A stretch of 64,000 nt of DNA from Octopus bimaculoides. Taxonomy: Eukaryota. The position numbers were made by a program, and so were the translations under genes. Shown here one piece after another: positions 38,553 through 51,490 of the stretch. Position 1 is the stretch's first letter, and each line of letters starts with the position of its first letter. The notes beneath the pieces are model-generated. The model was not told where the DNA came from. It worked only from the letters and a program-made list of their open reading frames with translations, and searched no databases. The stretch spans positions 11,883,420 to 11,947,419 of the forward strand of contig NC_068997.1 of NCBI RefSeq assembly GCF_001194135.2, in the 5' to 3' direction.

Positions 38553-39180
38553 TTTGATCTCTAAGAAGTTGTATCTTTAAATAATATGAATTCNNNNNNN
38601 NNNNNNNNNNNNNNNNNNNNNNNNNNNNNNNNNNNNNNNNNNNNNNNNNNNNNNNNNNNNNNNNNNNNNNNNNNNNNNNNNNNNNNNNNNNNNNNNNNNN
38701 NNNNNNNNNNNNNNNNNNNNNNNNNNNNNNNNNNNNNNNNNNNNNNNNNNNNNNNNNNNNNNNNNNNNNNNNNNNNNNNNNNNNNNNNNNNNNNNNNNNN
38801 NNNNNNNNNNNNNNNNNNNNNNNNNNNNNNNNNNNNNNNNNNNNNNNNNNNNNNNNNNNNNNNNNNNNNNNNNNNNNNNNNNNNNNNNNNNNNNNNNNNN
38901 NNNNNNNNNNNNNNNNNNNNNNNNNNNNNNNNNNNNNNNNNNNNNNNNNNNNNNNNNNNNNNNNNNNNNNNNNNNNNNNNNNNNNNNNNNNNNNNNNNNN
39001 NNNNNNNNNNNNNNNNNNNNNNNNNNNNNNNNNNNNNNNNNNNNNNNNNNNNNNNNNNNNNNNNNNNNNNNNNNNNNNNNNNNNNNNNNNNNNNNNNNNN
39101 NNNNNNNNNNNNNNNNNNNNNNNNNNNNNNNNNNNNNNNNNNNNNNNNNNATATATATATTATATATATATATATATATC

Positions 39181-39211
<31 letters not shown>

Positions 39212-40376
39212 TGCGCTAGCATATATATATTATATCCTATACTACATAAAATATGTGCTATATATATTATGTATACTTATAGACGGGGAAAGAGAAAGAG
39301 TCGGAAGTGTGTGTATATGGTTGTACATGTAAACATTATTATAGTAATTTGAATCATATTGGCGTTATTGGTGCGTTTTAAGAAGCAATCACTACAATTC
39401 ATTGAGTATTACGACTGACAATGTTACCTGCACAAACCATTTGCCAGCTCTATACGCATATTTTTGTAGAGAGTTGTGTATCTCTGTTTGTATTCTTCGT
39501 GCCTATTACTTATCGTGATATGGAAAGAATACAAGCAACTCAGAGTAAACGGCTTCCACTTAAACGGCAACTTTAACCCTTCACCCTCCAGATAATGCTG
39601 TTTCTAATATCTGCGCAATCAAAGGCAGTTAAAAGTATATTACGATCACAAGTTCAATTCTTCCCCCTCAAGACCACAGGCTATCACAGTTTGCATATAC
39701 TTTCTTTAAATATATACGTACAATGCCCTTCATCAATTATCATTCAAATGAATTGATATTTCTCCTATAAATGAACTGCTGACCATATAGTGGAAAGATA
39801 ATTCTCTTTGTCATCTATGCATCTTCAATTTCTTCAAACAAAATTCAACAAATTCTTTCATCTTTTTGCATGAAACCATTTCTATATCGTTGACATTAAC
39901 TCAACTGTCATATTTAAATTATCTTTCCGAAAAATCAAATAATCGAATAATCCCTTAACCTATCAATTCTGTATTTAATCGAACGCATTCGACGGATAAT
40001 TTGAGTTGAAACAGAAATTCTAATAACTTTTCACCATAATCCTTCGTTTTATATCTAGCTGTTCCTATTGATCAAAATTTGTATATTTATCAATATATCC
40101 GAGACAATTACAGAACTAACGATTTTCAAAAATTATTGCGTAACGTGCTTCGAACGGTTGTGCACGGTGCCTTTTCCTTAATATCTAGAATCAAGTTTAT
40201 GTCATTCATGTCTATATTTATATCTCTGAATGGATTGCAAGCATACAGAATTTGAAACGGTATATTCTAAATGAATTAGAGATTTAAATCATATACAATT
40301 CTATCTTGAATAATATATAATCCAACTTATTATACCAGGTATCATGGCAGAAAAAATATGTATACATTTATATATA

Positions 40377-40379
<3 letters not shown>

Positions 40380-40452
<73 letters not shown>
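40380..40452. repeat. (TG)n microsatellite
   Basis: Perfect tract of about 36 units. Confidence 0.95.
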
Positions 40453-40455
<3 letters not shown>

Positions 40456-40934
40456 TTGTGTGTGTACTTGGTGGTGGCGCGTGACAGAATAGTACTGCCA
40501 GCGTCTACTGATTCAAAAGAGCCAGTTGGATGTAATAGCATGAACGTTAAAACTTTACTTAAGGGGACAGCGATTATATATCACCTGAATAAACTCAACT
40601 GGGTCCCGTTATATAGGTAAACCGTTGCATAATTTAAATCCTGTGTATATGTGGATCTAAGATATGTAGTGTTTATTAAATAGCACTAAAATGAAAGCCA
40701 TTGCTACCTCTTCAATCACGCAATATACTGAGTATTTATCCAATTCTTCCAAGTATAGTTTTCCTTTCACATGCGTCTTACATCCAATGATTAACTATTT
40801 TCTACTACTCTCACCAGATTCTGAACCATCGTTATGCTAAGGATCGTCAGCCAGATTGGACCTTATAGCAAGCAATGGTTGTGCACGGTGCCTTTTCTGG
40901 AAGCATCGTGCGCAGTCATTATGTCTTACACATT

Positions 40935-41261
40935 TCATAAATTTGACTTGTACAGACTTTCAAATTCCCCATTCCTCGTAAATTGCTTTTCATCCGAGTA
41001 GATAATCACTCGGGAACCTAAGGAACAGCTGCAAAAGCTGTCTTTATGCTGGATAAATGAAACTTCATACATGCCAACACCTGCGTTTGAATCATGTTTT
41101 CTCTTTCGTTTTACATCGATGACAGATATCGCATTTAAACGTGAAATGCGACTACAGCCGCTGCACGTGAGATCACCTCTAGAATCCATTCCATACACAA
41201 CAACTCCAACTTTAGTGACATAAAATTTCAGCATTTGATGGACAATTCCAATTTTCTCAAA
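40935..41261 (-). other. Non-repetitive open frame, possible terminal exon (unidentified)
   Basis: 108 codons open after CTGCAG (FEKIGIVHQMLKFYVTK...SLYKSNL*); weak acceptor context; no family recognised. Confidence 0.18.
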
Positions 41262-42181
41262 CTGCAGGTTATTTTTACGGGTTAAAGATCAACGCCTCTT
41301 CTCTTTCTTTTTATTGGGAGATATTCCCAATTAACAGAATGTAGGACTCATAGAATTAAGCTTATCTTAAATCGCTTCCGTTGTTGCGCTGTCGATGTTT
41401 CCAGAGAAATAATTTCTTTGAAACTAGTGATCCCCACTGTGGAAAATAATTCAAGATGTTTTAGGATTAGTAATGAGAACATCAACAGCCAGAGAAAAAC
41501 TGGCGCATCTTTCATGGCTATTCGTTGAATATTCATGAAATTAATTAAACGTTAGATTCTAATTCATTATTGTAAAAAGAATATGGATTCACTTATTATT
41601 CCTGAAATAAATTTTATTCCTGCCAGGATTTGATATCGCTCAACTTTGGGCTGGTTACACATAATATCATTCTAATTAGATAAATAAAATTTATGCTGGG
41701 ATGCATCAAAATATATGTATTAGAAACTACGTTCGTTAATATGATATCATTTTATGGATGCAAAGTTTTGTAGCATTTGCATGAACACACGACAGAACAA
41801 ATGAATAATTCTGCGATTGCCTGATATTCTAGGTGTAAGAAACCAAAACCAATATTCATCACAAAAAGAAATAGGAAAATCACACGAAATGATCAAAAGA
41901 CTCAGAAAAAGAAGACTTTGGTTACTACTGTTCATGAAAAGAACAAATCAGGCACGGAACGATAACATGTGAAATAACACAAAAATTGCGATAGAAATTT
42001 ATAATTAAACATAGGCGGAACTTTTTGTTAACGTTTATATTAGAATTCCTATTATCGAACAATGAGATTTGTTTAGTTCTTTTCAAGACATAACTTGATG
42101 ACAGGTGTGTTCTACCCTGATTGGTGGAATACCTGTTGCGCTTAAAGAAGATGCGGGTCGTGCTTAAAGAAAATGCAGGTC

Positions 42182-42388
42182 GGAGCTGACAAAATCACAA
42201 GCACACAGGGCGAAATGCTTGGCCGTGTTTCGTCTGCTTTCACGTTCTGTGTTTAAATTCCGCAGCGGTCGACATTGCGTTTCAACGTTTCGGGATCGAT
42301 AAATTAAGCAACAGTGAAACAGTGGGGTCGATGTAATCGACTTACCCTTTCCCCAAAAGTTTCATGCCTTTAATAGATAGGATTATTT
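42182..42388 (+). mobile_element. SINE family 2, diverged
   Basis: GGAGCTGACAAAATC...GGCGAAATGCTTGG...TCGATAAATTAAG...TGGGGTCGATGTAATCGAC. Confidence 0.82.
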
Positions 42389-42886
42389 ATGGCTTCATCT
42401 GCTTCAAGTTTCACCGTTCCAAAAAAGTATTATTTTACCTTCTCTTGAACTTACTAAATTATTATCATATCACCAATACAATACACGTTTGTAAGAATGA
42501 AATTTTTAAACATAAAGAAATTTGAAAGATCGTTTTGGCCCAATATAGAACGCCTGGCATACTTACAACTGTGACTACGGATCCCCCGACATTTTGTAGC
42601 CAATGGTTTTTTCTCTTAATATTTACTTGCTATAATTTATAGCTTTAACTGTTTCGAGTTTCATCATTCTATGTAGAATCGTTTCCCTTTCTTTACACGT
42701 TTTTTCCGGTTACTCTCCAGCTGAGGCAAGACTGTTCTTTTCTTTCCTTTTGTTTTTTCTCATCATCTATCTTATCCGTAATAAAACGAATTCCCGAAAC
42801 ATAAAATTTTTCCATTTGAGTCAATATACAGAATTACAGATTGTATTCATGGAATTTTGATTTATTGTCTGGTGACTTTTGGCCAA

Positions 42887-42936
<50 letters not shown>

Positions 42937-43198
42937 GCATGAATTGTGCGTGTCCAAGTCTCTCTCACAAAGCTTGTCATTGCTTATCAGGTAAAAATAT
43001 TTACGTCAGCAATGAATCGGTGCTTTACAAACGAAATTCGCTGGTAGAGTTTTTTTTCCTGCGCTTAGTTACAAACGTTTTCTCACTCTCTTCATCAAAA
43101 ATACCAGGAGCCAACTGTAATGAGTGGCATATTCTGATTTGCACTTTTTGCTTTTATTTATTTTTTTCTTAGTTTCTTTTCGTAAGGCAGTATGAAAT

Positions 43199-43720
43199 TA
43201 TTCATGCTGATATGACACTATTTTCATGGTTTGAAATCTGTCTTTAAACTATCATTGGAATAGACACCGCAGTGAATTGCAGAAAATATTCGAGGCCGTT
43301 TGGAATAATTAAATTGGTTCGCCTGGATAAACTTATAATATATCTTTTGAAAGGTTTATCAATTAACGAACGACACAATTGTTCACAAATTGCTATTTCA
43401 GAAAAAGTAAACAAGCCAAGAATACTCTCAATTAGAGACAAAGACAAATTTTGTAAAGGAATTGAGAAAAAAAGCAAGAACAAATATTCAAAGATTCTTT
43501 AGAAACTTTTTCATCGATATGAATAAAAAAAAATGCTTCATAGATTTTAGAAACATCAAAAGAATTATTAATATATATATATTATAAATTCATTCAAGCG
43601 AAACAAATTAATTCATCCAAAAAGTCTAGAACATTTTCTGAGATTAACCACTGTGTCTCTTGCAATAATATTTCAAAGACGACTTCAAACTGCGAAAATA
43701 ATGGCATACCAGCATGAATA
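43199..43720. repeat. Inverted repeat / fold-back element: arms 43199-43343 and about 43576-43720
   Basis: About 145-bp arms aligning almost without gaps at roughly 75-80% identity. Confidence 0.88.
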
Positions 43721-43760
43721 GTTGGATTCTGCCTTAAGTAAATAGGTGGAGGCTTGATTC

Positions 43761-43910
43761 ATAGGCGCAGGCACGGATGTGTGGTTGACAAGCTCGCTTT
43801 GCAACCACGTGTTTTCTGGTTCAATCCCATTGCGCAGCATTTTAGGTATGTGATTTCTACTGAAACCTTGCTACAGCCTAGCGTAACAAAGCAGTCCGAC
43901 GGAAACATAT
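43761..43910 (+). mobile_element. SINE family 1 5' half, diverged
   Basis: AGGCGCAGGCACGGATGTGTGG...GGTTCAATCCCATTGCG...GACGGAAAC. Confidence 0.75.
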
Positions 43911-44039
43911 TAGTGTCTACAACAAAAATATTTACTGGGATCAATTTATGCCGAAGTATTTGCATAAAGTAATTTCTCACAAAAGCAAAGTAGTTATATA
44001 TGTATATATTTATATATAATATATACGTTTCGATCAAAG

Positions 44040-44390
44040 ATTGGTCCAGTCCATATCCAACTTAATAGCACCACTTGATAGGATTAGTTAAATCCTTTCT
44101 TAATCAAGTTTTGTGGTATTATTGTCCATTCTAGCACGGAGTTCTTGTTGAGTGAGTTGCATCCAAGTACAGGTGGATTAACTCGTATTTCTTGAAGAAA
44201 TTTCTCCAGATTCCGTTTAATGGTGATGAGATCCTTGTCTTTTTTAATCTGTTTCCGGACAATGTTAAATAGGGCAGAGCCTGTTGGGGAAAAGAGGTTT
44301 ATTGCAGAGTATTTATCTGGTGTGATATTGTATTCGATAGGGTACGTTTGACCCGTGGTCCTAGCGTTGGATGAATTTTGAAGCTAATGC
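44040..44390 (-). mobile_element. CR1-clade LINE 3' end
   Basis: FKIHPTLGPR...SF / PTGSALFNIVRKQIKKDKDLITIKRNLEKFLQEIRVNPPVLGCNSLNKNSVLEW; same region as the C-terminus of 2812-3545. Confidence 0.75.
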
Positions 44391-44928
44391 ACACACACAC
44401 ACACACACGCACATATATATATACACACGTCTGTATGGGTTTGTGTGTGTCTTGTGTGTTAGTGTGTGTTAGTGTGTGTGTTAGAGCAAATTCAAATTCT
44501 TAATATAAGTGAAGAATAATTTTATTCTGTCTTTGTATGGAGGAAAACTAAATATGTAGAGATAAACAAGGTTTTTTCTGTTATCACATTTGAACAGAAA
44601 TTATTTTGCAATACTTATTGTTAATGTGAGTTTTGAATATATAATTTTCATAAATGTATATAATGAAAGTGAGAAAGGGAGGGGAGCAAGGGAATATAAG
44701 GTGAAACGTGTTTCTCTTTAGTCTCTTGTATAGAGAAAGTTTTGCATCTTTGATTTTTGCGGTTACTTATGTATATATATATANNNNNNNNNNNNNNNNN
44801 NNNNNNNNNNNNNNNNNNNNNNNNNNNNNNNNNNNNNNNNNNNNNNNNNNNNNNNNNNNNNNNNNNNNNNNNNNNNNNNNNNNNNNNNNNNNNNNNNNNN
44901 NNNNNNNNNNNNNNNNNNNNNNNNNNNN

Positions 44929-44960
<32 letters not shown>

Positions 44961-44974
44961 GAGAGAGAGAGAGA

Positions 44975-45245
44975 TGTATGGTGGCGGTTAGCTATCCCGT
45001 CGAAGTCGGCGTATGGGCGTTCAGCTTTGCCGAACGACCTGCACAAAATGATTTTTTGTTATGGCGATCGAAAGTTCGTGCTGCATCAAATCGACATTGT
45101 CTGAACAGTGGCACCGTGTATCACGCATCAGGTGTCGAAGTGATGGCAGACCAACATGAGATGAAGTGCTTTGCTCAAGGTCACATCGCACCACCACGTC
45201 TGGAATTTGAACCCACGATCTCTAAATGAGTGCAACGCTCTATTT
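44975..45245 (-). mobile_element. tRNA-headed SINE family 3
   Basis: Minus-strand B-box GGGTTCAAATTCC followed by GACCTTGAGCAAAGCACTTCATCTCATGTTG (V/CORE-like) and a GC-rich body. Confidence 0.7.
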
Positions 45246-45520
45246 ATGTGCAACCACCTATCTATGTGCAACACCCTCTCTATGTGCGGACAAAAGGAAA
45301 CAGAGAAAGAAGACAGAATGAGTTGTGCACAATTAAATTTAGGAAACAGCAGTAAATCTAAATGTAGAAACTCCTGTTATGGTAACTTTCTTCGTTAAGG
45401 CATTCATTTTATAGACTACGTGCGTACAAATATGTATATACATACTTTTATTTTACTGCTTATTTAACTGTTCACTACTGAGTGTGTATTGTTTTACACA
45501 TACGCATGTGTGCGCGAAAG

Positions 45521-45554
<34 letters not shown>

Positions 45555-47198
45555 TAAATGTATATGCATATATTTATACCTATGTTTATACATAATTAAA
45601 TGTTTCTATAGACATTCAAATATATGTATGCATAAATGTGTATGTGTATGCATGAGTTTTACATTATGCAAGTATCTATACACCGCATAGTCTTATATTT
45701 AGTCCGCTGTCATGTGCATGGCGGTCCGTGATACAAGCATATCGCTTAGCAACCTAAGGATTGACTTTCATTGGCATAGATGCAAACTATCACGTTCTAA
45801 AGTGAAGATCGCTATAATGAGATTCTTCATTTAAATTACTGTAAGAAATAAAGCGGTGTATAATTGATAGGCACTAAAATTTCATTAACTTGTACCAACC
45901 ACCATTTATTATAGGATTGTAGTTAAGAGTGAGTTAGAATCTGATAGCCTTCCGTATTCGGCAAGCGTTACTAGAGGTGACCTTTTCTTGATGCTCATGC
46001 GATATTGTTTCTTTCCTTTCAGATTAAAATTAAATGCGATATTTATATGAGACATTTCTGTTGCTACAATATAGATAACGTAATAATATGGAGTAGCTCA
46101 ATTTTCCGGATATTCTTGAAATGTAAATATGTATCAGTATACAGTTTATATTAGGTGAAATTTGGTTTCTAATCTAGACTACAGTTTCTTTGTGCATTTA
46201 TATGAAGTTTTAATGTTACAATGAAGCGTTTTCCTATAGATAATGTTATCCATGCGTGTGGAATACACTTCCAAATGAAGAGAATGTGATGGCTTAAATA
46301 TCTTACAAATAAATATCTTGTAAATATCTTACAAATAAGCCGTAACCTATCTTCTCGGATTGTTTAACATGGAAATATCATAATGGGACATATTGCTAAA
46401 TCACCGTCTGGCTGGACTGCAATCTCTACAGAGTATATGAAACCGTGTGAATATCTAACCAACGAAGGAAACTTGACTACGGCACTCTTATGTAGCTTTA
46501 TTGCGAAAGTTCTTTTTCAGAAAATTATTTTGGTGCTATTTTATTGGTTTCTGGCCAAATAGGAAAACCTGTTGGTTATACCAACGAGAAAGTGTACACT
46601 GAGTTTCATGCTCTGTAATCTTAACAGCCAAAAGAGAAAGAGAACACTAGTTATTGCACTACAGAACAATTACAGGATAACTATTGCACAACAGAATAGT
46701 TACAGCTGGAATTTCTTTCCTCATCGGGCTGTATGGTTAGAATATTAGGTGGCTTAAATAACAACACCTAAAGAAAGTGGATCGGAGATATTTTAAAGCA
46801 GTCATCAGAGATGTATTGATGAACGTGATATCTGATTTTGATCATGTTTAATAACATAAGTGCGTCTGTGTGATTTCAATAATTCGACCTTTAATCTATA
46901 CATAATGAACCCACACTTGGTCTGCATGACATACCAATAAAATCATATCAATAAGTATGTAGTAAGTTTATGATATTTAAATGTCTATGATGTTAACATT
47001 TTGTAGAATCAGGCATTTCTCTTCGTTAAACCTGAAACAACTGCGCAAACTTTTAAATAACGATTTTTTTTTTCAAATAACCACGATATAAATAATGCAT
47101 AATTTGGAATGGCGATGACTTTTCTAACGTGCAATATGGATATTCGTGAAATTATAATCCATTAATTGTAATATAATTGTATATATATAGACATACAT

Positions 47199-47259
<61 letters not shown>

Positions 47260-47268
47260 TATATATAC

Positions 47269-47306
<38 letters not shown>

Positions 47307-47489
47307 GTATGAAATATTCACTCCTATCTATTTATCGATATATCTATATAGATCCAGTTGATTCAAATTGTTAAAAAGCTGTCTTAAAGCAGCTCATTCC
47401 GATATTTAGACATTAATATGTCCTCAGCATATTTATTTCATTCTCTTATTATCACAGGAGTTGTTTCATTCAAATGTTAATGGATTTCT

Positions 47490-48100
47490 ATTTTATGAGG
47501 AAATGTACGGCAGTATGAATTTAATACCTAAGTGTGAAAAGTATCATTAAAAAATATTTTGTTTGTTCTAATTGAAGATTTGAAGATCTCGAAGAATTTC
47601 CATTGGAATTACCAAGCTGGAAATAAGTGCTTTGATCATACTCGCTTAGATTTATGCATTTGAAATTACTCACACGAAATACGAAATCCTATTTCAGCAT
47701 GTATTTAATATCTGTAACTGCTAAAGGAATCTGCGAAAAATATTTTATTTGTTACAGCGGAACATCTCTGAATTTTCACCGAAATGAAAATATTTGAAAC
47801 AGGTGCTTTGAACATTGCGCTTTTAAGTGTATATATGTGAAATTACTCAAGTGAAAATATTTCTCAATATATGTTTAATATTTGTTAGTGTTAAAAGGAT
47901 CTCCGAAAAACATTTTATGTATTTCTACAATTAATCAACTCTATGCTGTGAAGTTCAGTGTAATTCATATTCTTGTAACAGATATACTTGTCCATGCATC
48001 CTTATTTGTATATATTTGAAATACTCGAATGAAATACTAAAACCATTAAATATTAAACAAATCGCCTTTTTGAATTCATACAGCGAAATTTGTGTTCATT
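47490..48100. repeat. Degenerate ~178-bp tandem satellite, 3-4 units
   Basis: TGAAAT(T)ACTC at 47661, 47838 and 48017 (periods 177 and 179), with recurring AAAAATATTTTA/GTTTGTT and GTGCTTTGA.CAT blocks. Confidence 0.75.
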
Positions 48101-48732
48101 CGGTTTGATTTCGCAAATTATTTAAGAAACTTTCCTCAGTAATGTTTCAAGATAACCTGAAATTTGCATCGATATTTAGTCTTGATACTACATCTGGTTG
48201 TTAATGATATTTCAATATATTTCGCATGTAAAATGCCATTCTGACCTTCGGTATAGTTTATAGGACATGGAAATTAGAAATACTATACAAAGTTAATTAG
48301 TAATATGTTTACCGATAAATATTATATTAAATTGGTATGGAAAAACCTGCTTTAGATTCCGAATAAATTCATTGTATATTATTAAATAAGACGCCCACCT
48401 GCATTTTCATTGTGGTGGGTGCATGTGCGTCCGTGATTGTAGCATACGCCTATATTTTTTTCCTCTCTGCTTGTTTGACATACAGAAGTTACCACTGGAA
48501 AATAGCCTACATCAACGAACTAATCAAATGTGCACTACAGAACCAAAATCAATAATATAACCATATAATTATACGCAGGTGTTTCGCCTAAAATGCAGGT
48601 ACATTTATAAGATGCTTCTAACTTCGACAACATATATGGAATTTACAATGCCAGAACGGAAGAAATAATGCTATCTCAGCTCCTAAGCACAATACTGTAA
48701 TTATCAAATTCAAGCGATTTAATTAACATACA

Positions 48733-48867
48733 TCCAGTAACATTAGACATTAGATATGTCTAATGTTATTGGAGATATTAGACATTAGATATGTCTAATG
48801 TTATTGGAGATATTAGACATTAGATATGTCTAATGTTATTGGAGATATTAGACATTAGATATGTCTA
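48733..48867. repeat. 35-bp minisatellite with an internal hairpin, ~3.6 units
   Basis: ATTAGACATTAGATATGTCTAATGTTATTGGAGAT at 48742, 48777 and 48812, partial at 48847. Confidence 0.95.
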
Positions 48868-51059
48868 TACCTCACACAGACACTTATATTTACAGCACAG
48901 CGTCATAACAATTGATAGAAGAAAGAGTTACGGTGACGAAACAGCATCATTTACATTAATAAACAATTTACCTCTTTCATCAAACAAACAGTAAAAACTA
49001 TTACCTAGATATAATATACAGTTGTGCACAGCCATTTCTCATACATATAGAGAAAAATCATACAACGACTCTACTCCAACTAGCTGTCCTTCGTCATTAC
49101 AACGAAATTTCGTCAGTGACGAAAACAAAAATACTTTCACAAATGTCAAGAAACTGCAATGAAATTTTAGTCAAACAAGACACACCGAAGAGAAAAAATT
49201 CAGCAAAATAGATTTAGGTACTTTCAACATTCAGAACAGGAAATGGGAAAAATTCGAAAACAACACACGTCAAGGAGATAATCTACGTATTCATCAAATA
49301 TAAACGAGGATAAAAGAAAATAAAGGAAAAACAGCAGCTGTAAGCTAGCAAACATTTCATGTAACAAAGTCTATACAAAATATTAAAATATTCTTCAAAG
49401 CAGTACCAACAACTCAATGAAGAGTCTTGACACACTTGACATTATAATAACAATTTGAAAATAGCATAGCTTCAATCTAATACCAAGAAAATTCACTTCT
49501 TAAACATTTTTTCAAGCGGGTAAAAACCGAGATTAATTACCAAAACAACATCAGAAGACATACCTAAAGATATCACAGCCATGTTATTATCAGACACCAG
49601 AGTAATTATAACTATCTTTTAAAATGCTAAAATGTAATTCACTAGACCCCCTCCCTCCCTCCAAATTGCTGGCATTTAGCCAAGATTTGAAACTATTTTC
49701 TCTACACGATATATTATATTGCATTCTAGTACGAAGATATGTATATGCAGTAGTGAATATCAGAGATATAACATAATTTTAAAACATGTACACCTACCAC
49801 ATAACATGAAAAACCAGGATTTCATAGGGTGAATGCAATGGACATTACAAATTCAAAATGTATTGAACCAATAGAAAAAAAAACTTATATTTCAAATACT
49901 GCATTCCCATTACGAAGAAATCATGCATATCGCAACTATTACTAGTTAAGTTAATAGTATTGTATAAATTATGTGTTATGAAGTAACAAATAGTTTTTCA
50001 TTGTGTGTTCATTTGTATATGCATAAATACTTGCTTAATCTGTATGTGCATTTGTTTTGATCAGCATATCTACTTACCAATAATATATTCCTCGATTTTT
50101 ATGATTTTTTTCGTAAGTTTATCTCCGTATTTATTACTTAACCAAAAACATGTGTTTTTCTATTTCTCTAAATTTCATTCAGAATTATGTCAACAAACAT
50201 TTGTTCGCTTCTGTATTGACCGTAAATAAACACCTCATTGATTTTCAATAATTGCTTTGAACATAATTATATACATCACATAATTCCCCATAAGAGATAA
50301 ATATAGTTGTGCAATCAATATATTTCCTTTACAAAATTAAATAGAATGTCCTTGAATGAACGGGGTTTAAATTTCATATTATAAATATTTGTCTATATTT
50401 ATCTTGTCCCATCACTGTAAAGTCTCATGACGATCTTACCTTCATATTAATCATAATGGCGAAACCATGTAATAGTTAGCATCATGCAGTAGGTACACAT
50501 ATTACTCACGCAACCATTAATAGCAATGAAATATTTCCTAGAATAAGCACGGAAGGGAATTTAAGATTCGCACGAACAAATTAATCAAGCAACTACATTA
50601 TTTTAACTCATGCGGACACACACGCAACTTTGACAAACTTCGAGACAAATATGAAATACTTCGTTTTTGGAACATTGAACCACGAAGCTTATATAAAGCT
50701 ACAACTAATAACAAGTAAATATTAAGTTAAAAACCCATTGGTTACATGTTATCCAAACCTATTTTCGTCCACAATTTTTTTCTCATAATTCATTAGCGAA
50801 TAGGAATCAAGAATAAAGTGCATCGGCTTAAGACTCTACACTAACGAGGCAGGAATCAATGAGTGGTGTCATTGATGTGCAACTAAAAATTCCCTCCAAA
50901 ATGATGTGGTTCCGAAATATGCTCGTTAGTGTAGAATTTGAGGCAATCGTATTGCAACATATGTTATGGTATTCTCTAATGGCATTTATAAGAAAAATTT
51001 GTAGATGAAACGAGGCTTCAATGATATATATATATGTACACGCAAAGACTACACAAAAT

Positions 51060-51136
51060 ACATATACACACACGCGCACACACACACACAGGAACACACA
51101 CACATACACACACACATATATCTATATCTATATCTA

Positions 51137-51223
<87 letters not shown>
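51060..51223. repeat. Compound microsatellite (CA)n-(TATATC)n-(TATC)n-(TC)n-(TA)n
   Basis: Direct reading. Confidence 0.9.
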
Positions 51224-51490
51224 NNNNNNNNNNNNNNNNNNNNNNNNNNNNNNNNNNNNNNNNNNNNNNNNNNNNNNNNNNNNNNNNNNNNNNNNNNNNN
51301 NNNNNNNNNNNNNNNNNNNNNNNNNNNNNNNNNNNNNNNNNNNNNNNNNNNNNNNNNNNNNNNNNNNNNNNNNNNNNNNNNNNNNNNNNNNNNNNNNNNN
51401 NNNNNNNNNNNNNNNNNNNNNNNNNNNNNNNNNNNNNNNNNNNNNNNNNNNNNNNNNNNNNNNNNNNNNNNNNATATATATATATATATA

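Noticed and set aside
40960-41015. VIIYSDEKQFT resembling the Tc1/maT first-Asp motif
   Set aside because: Upstream and downstream sequence lack other transposase motifs and no TIR was found.
48742-48867. 35-bp palindromic repeats as a possible CRISPR array
   Set aside because: Units are contiguous with no spacers; eukaryotic context and no cas genes.
49260-49430. TRIKE...AAVS segment reminiscent of Penelope GIY-YIG endonuclease
   Set aside because: No intact GIY/YIG motif, several stops and very A-rich sequence; cannot be supported without a profile search.
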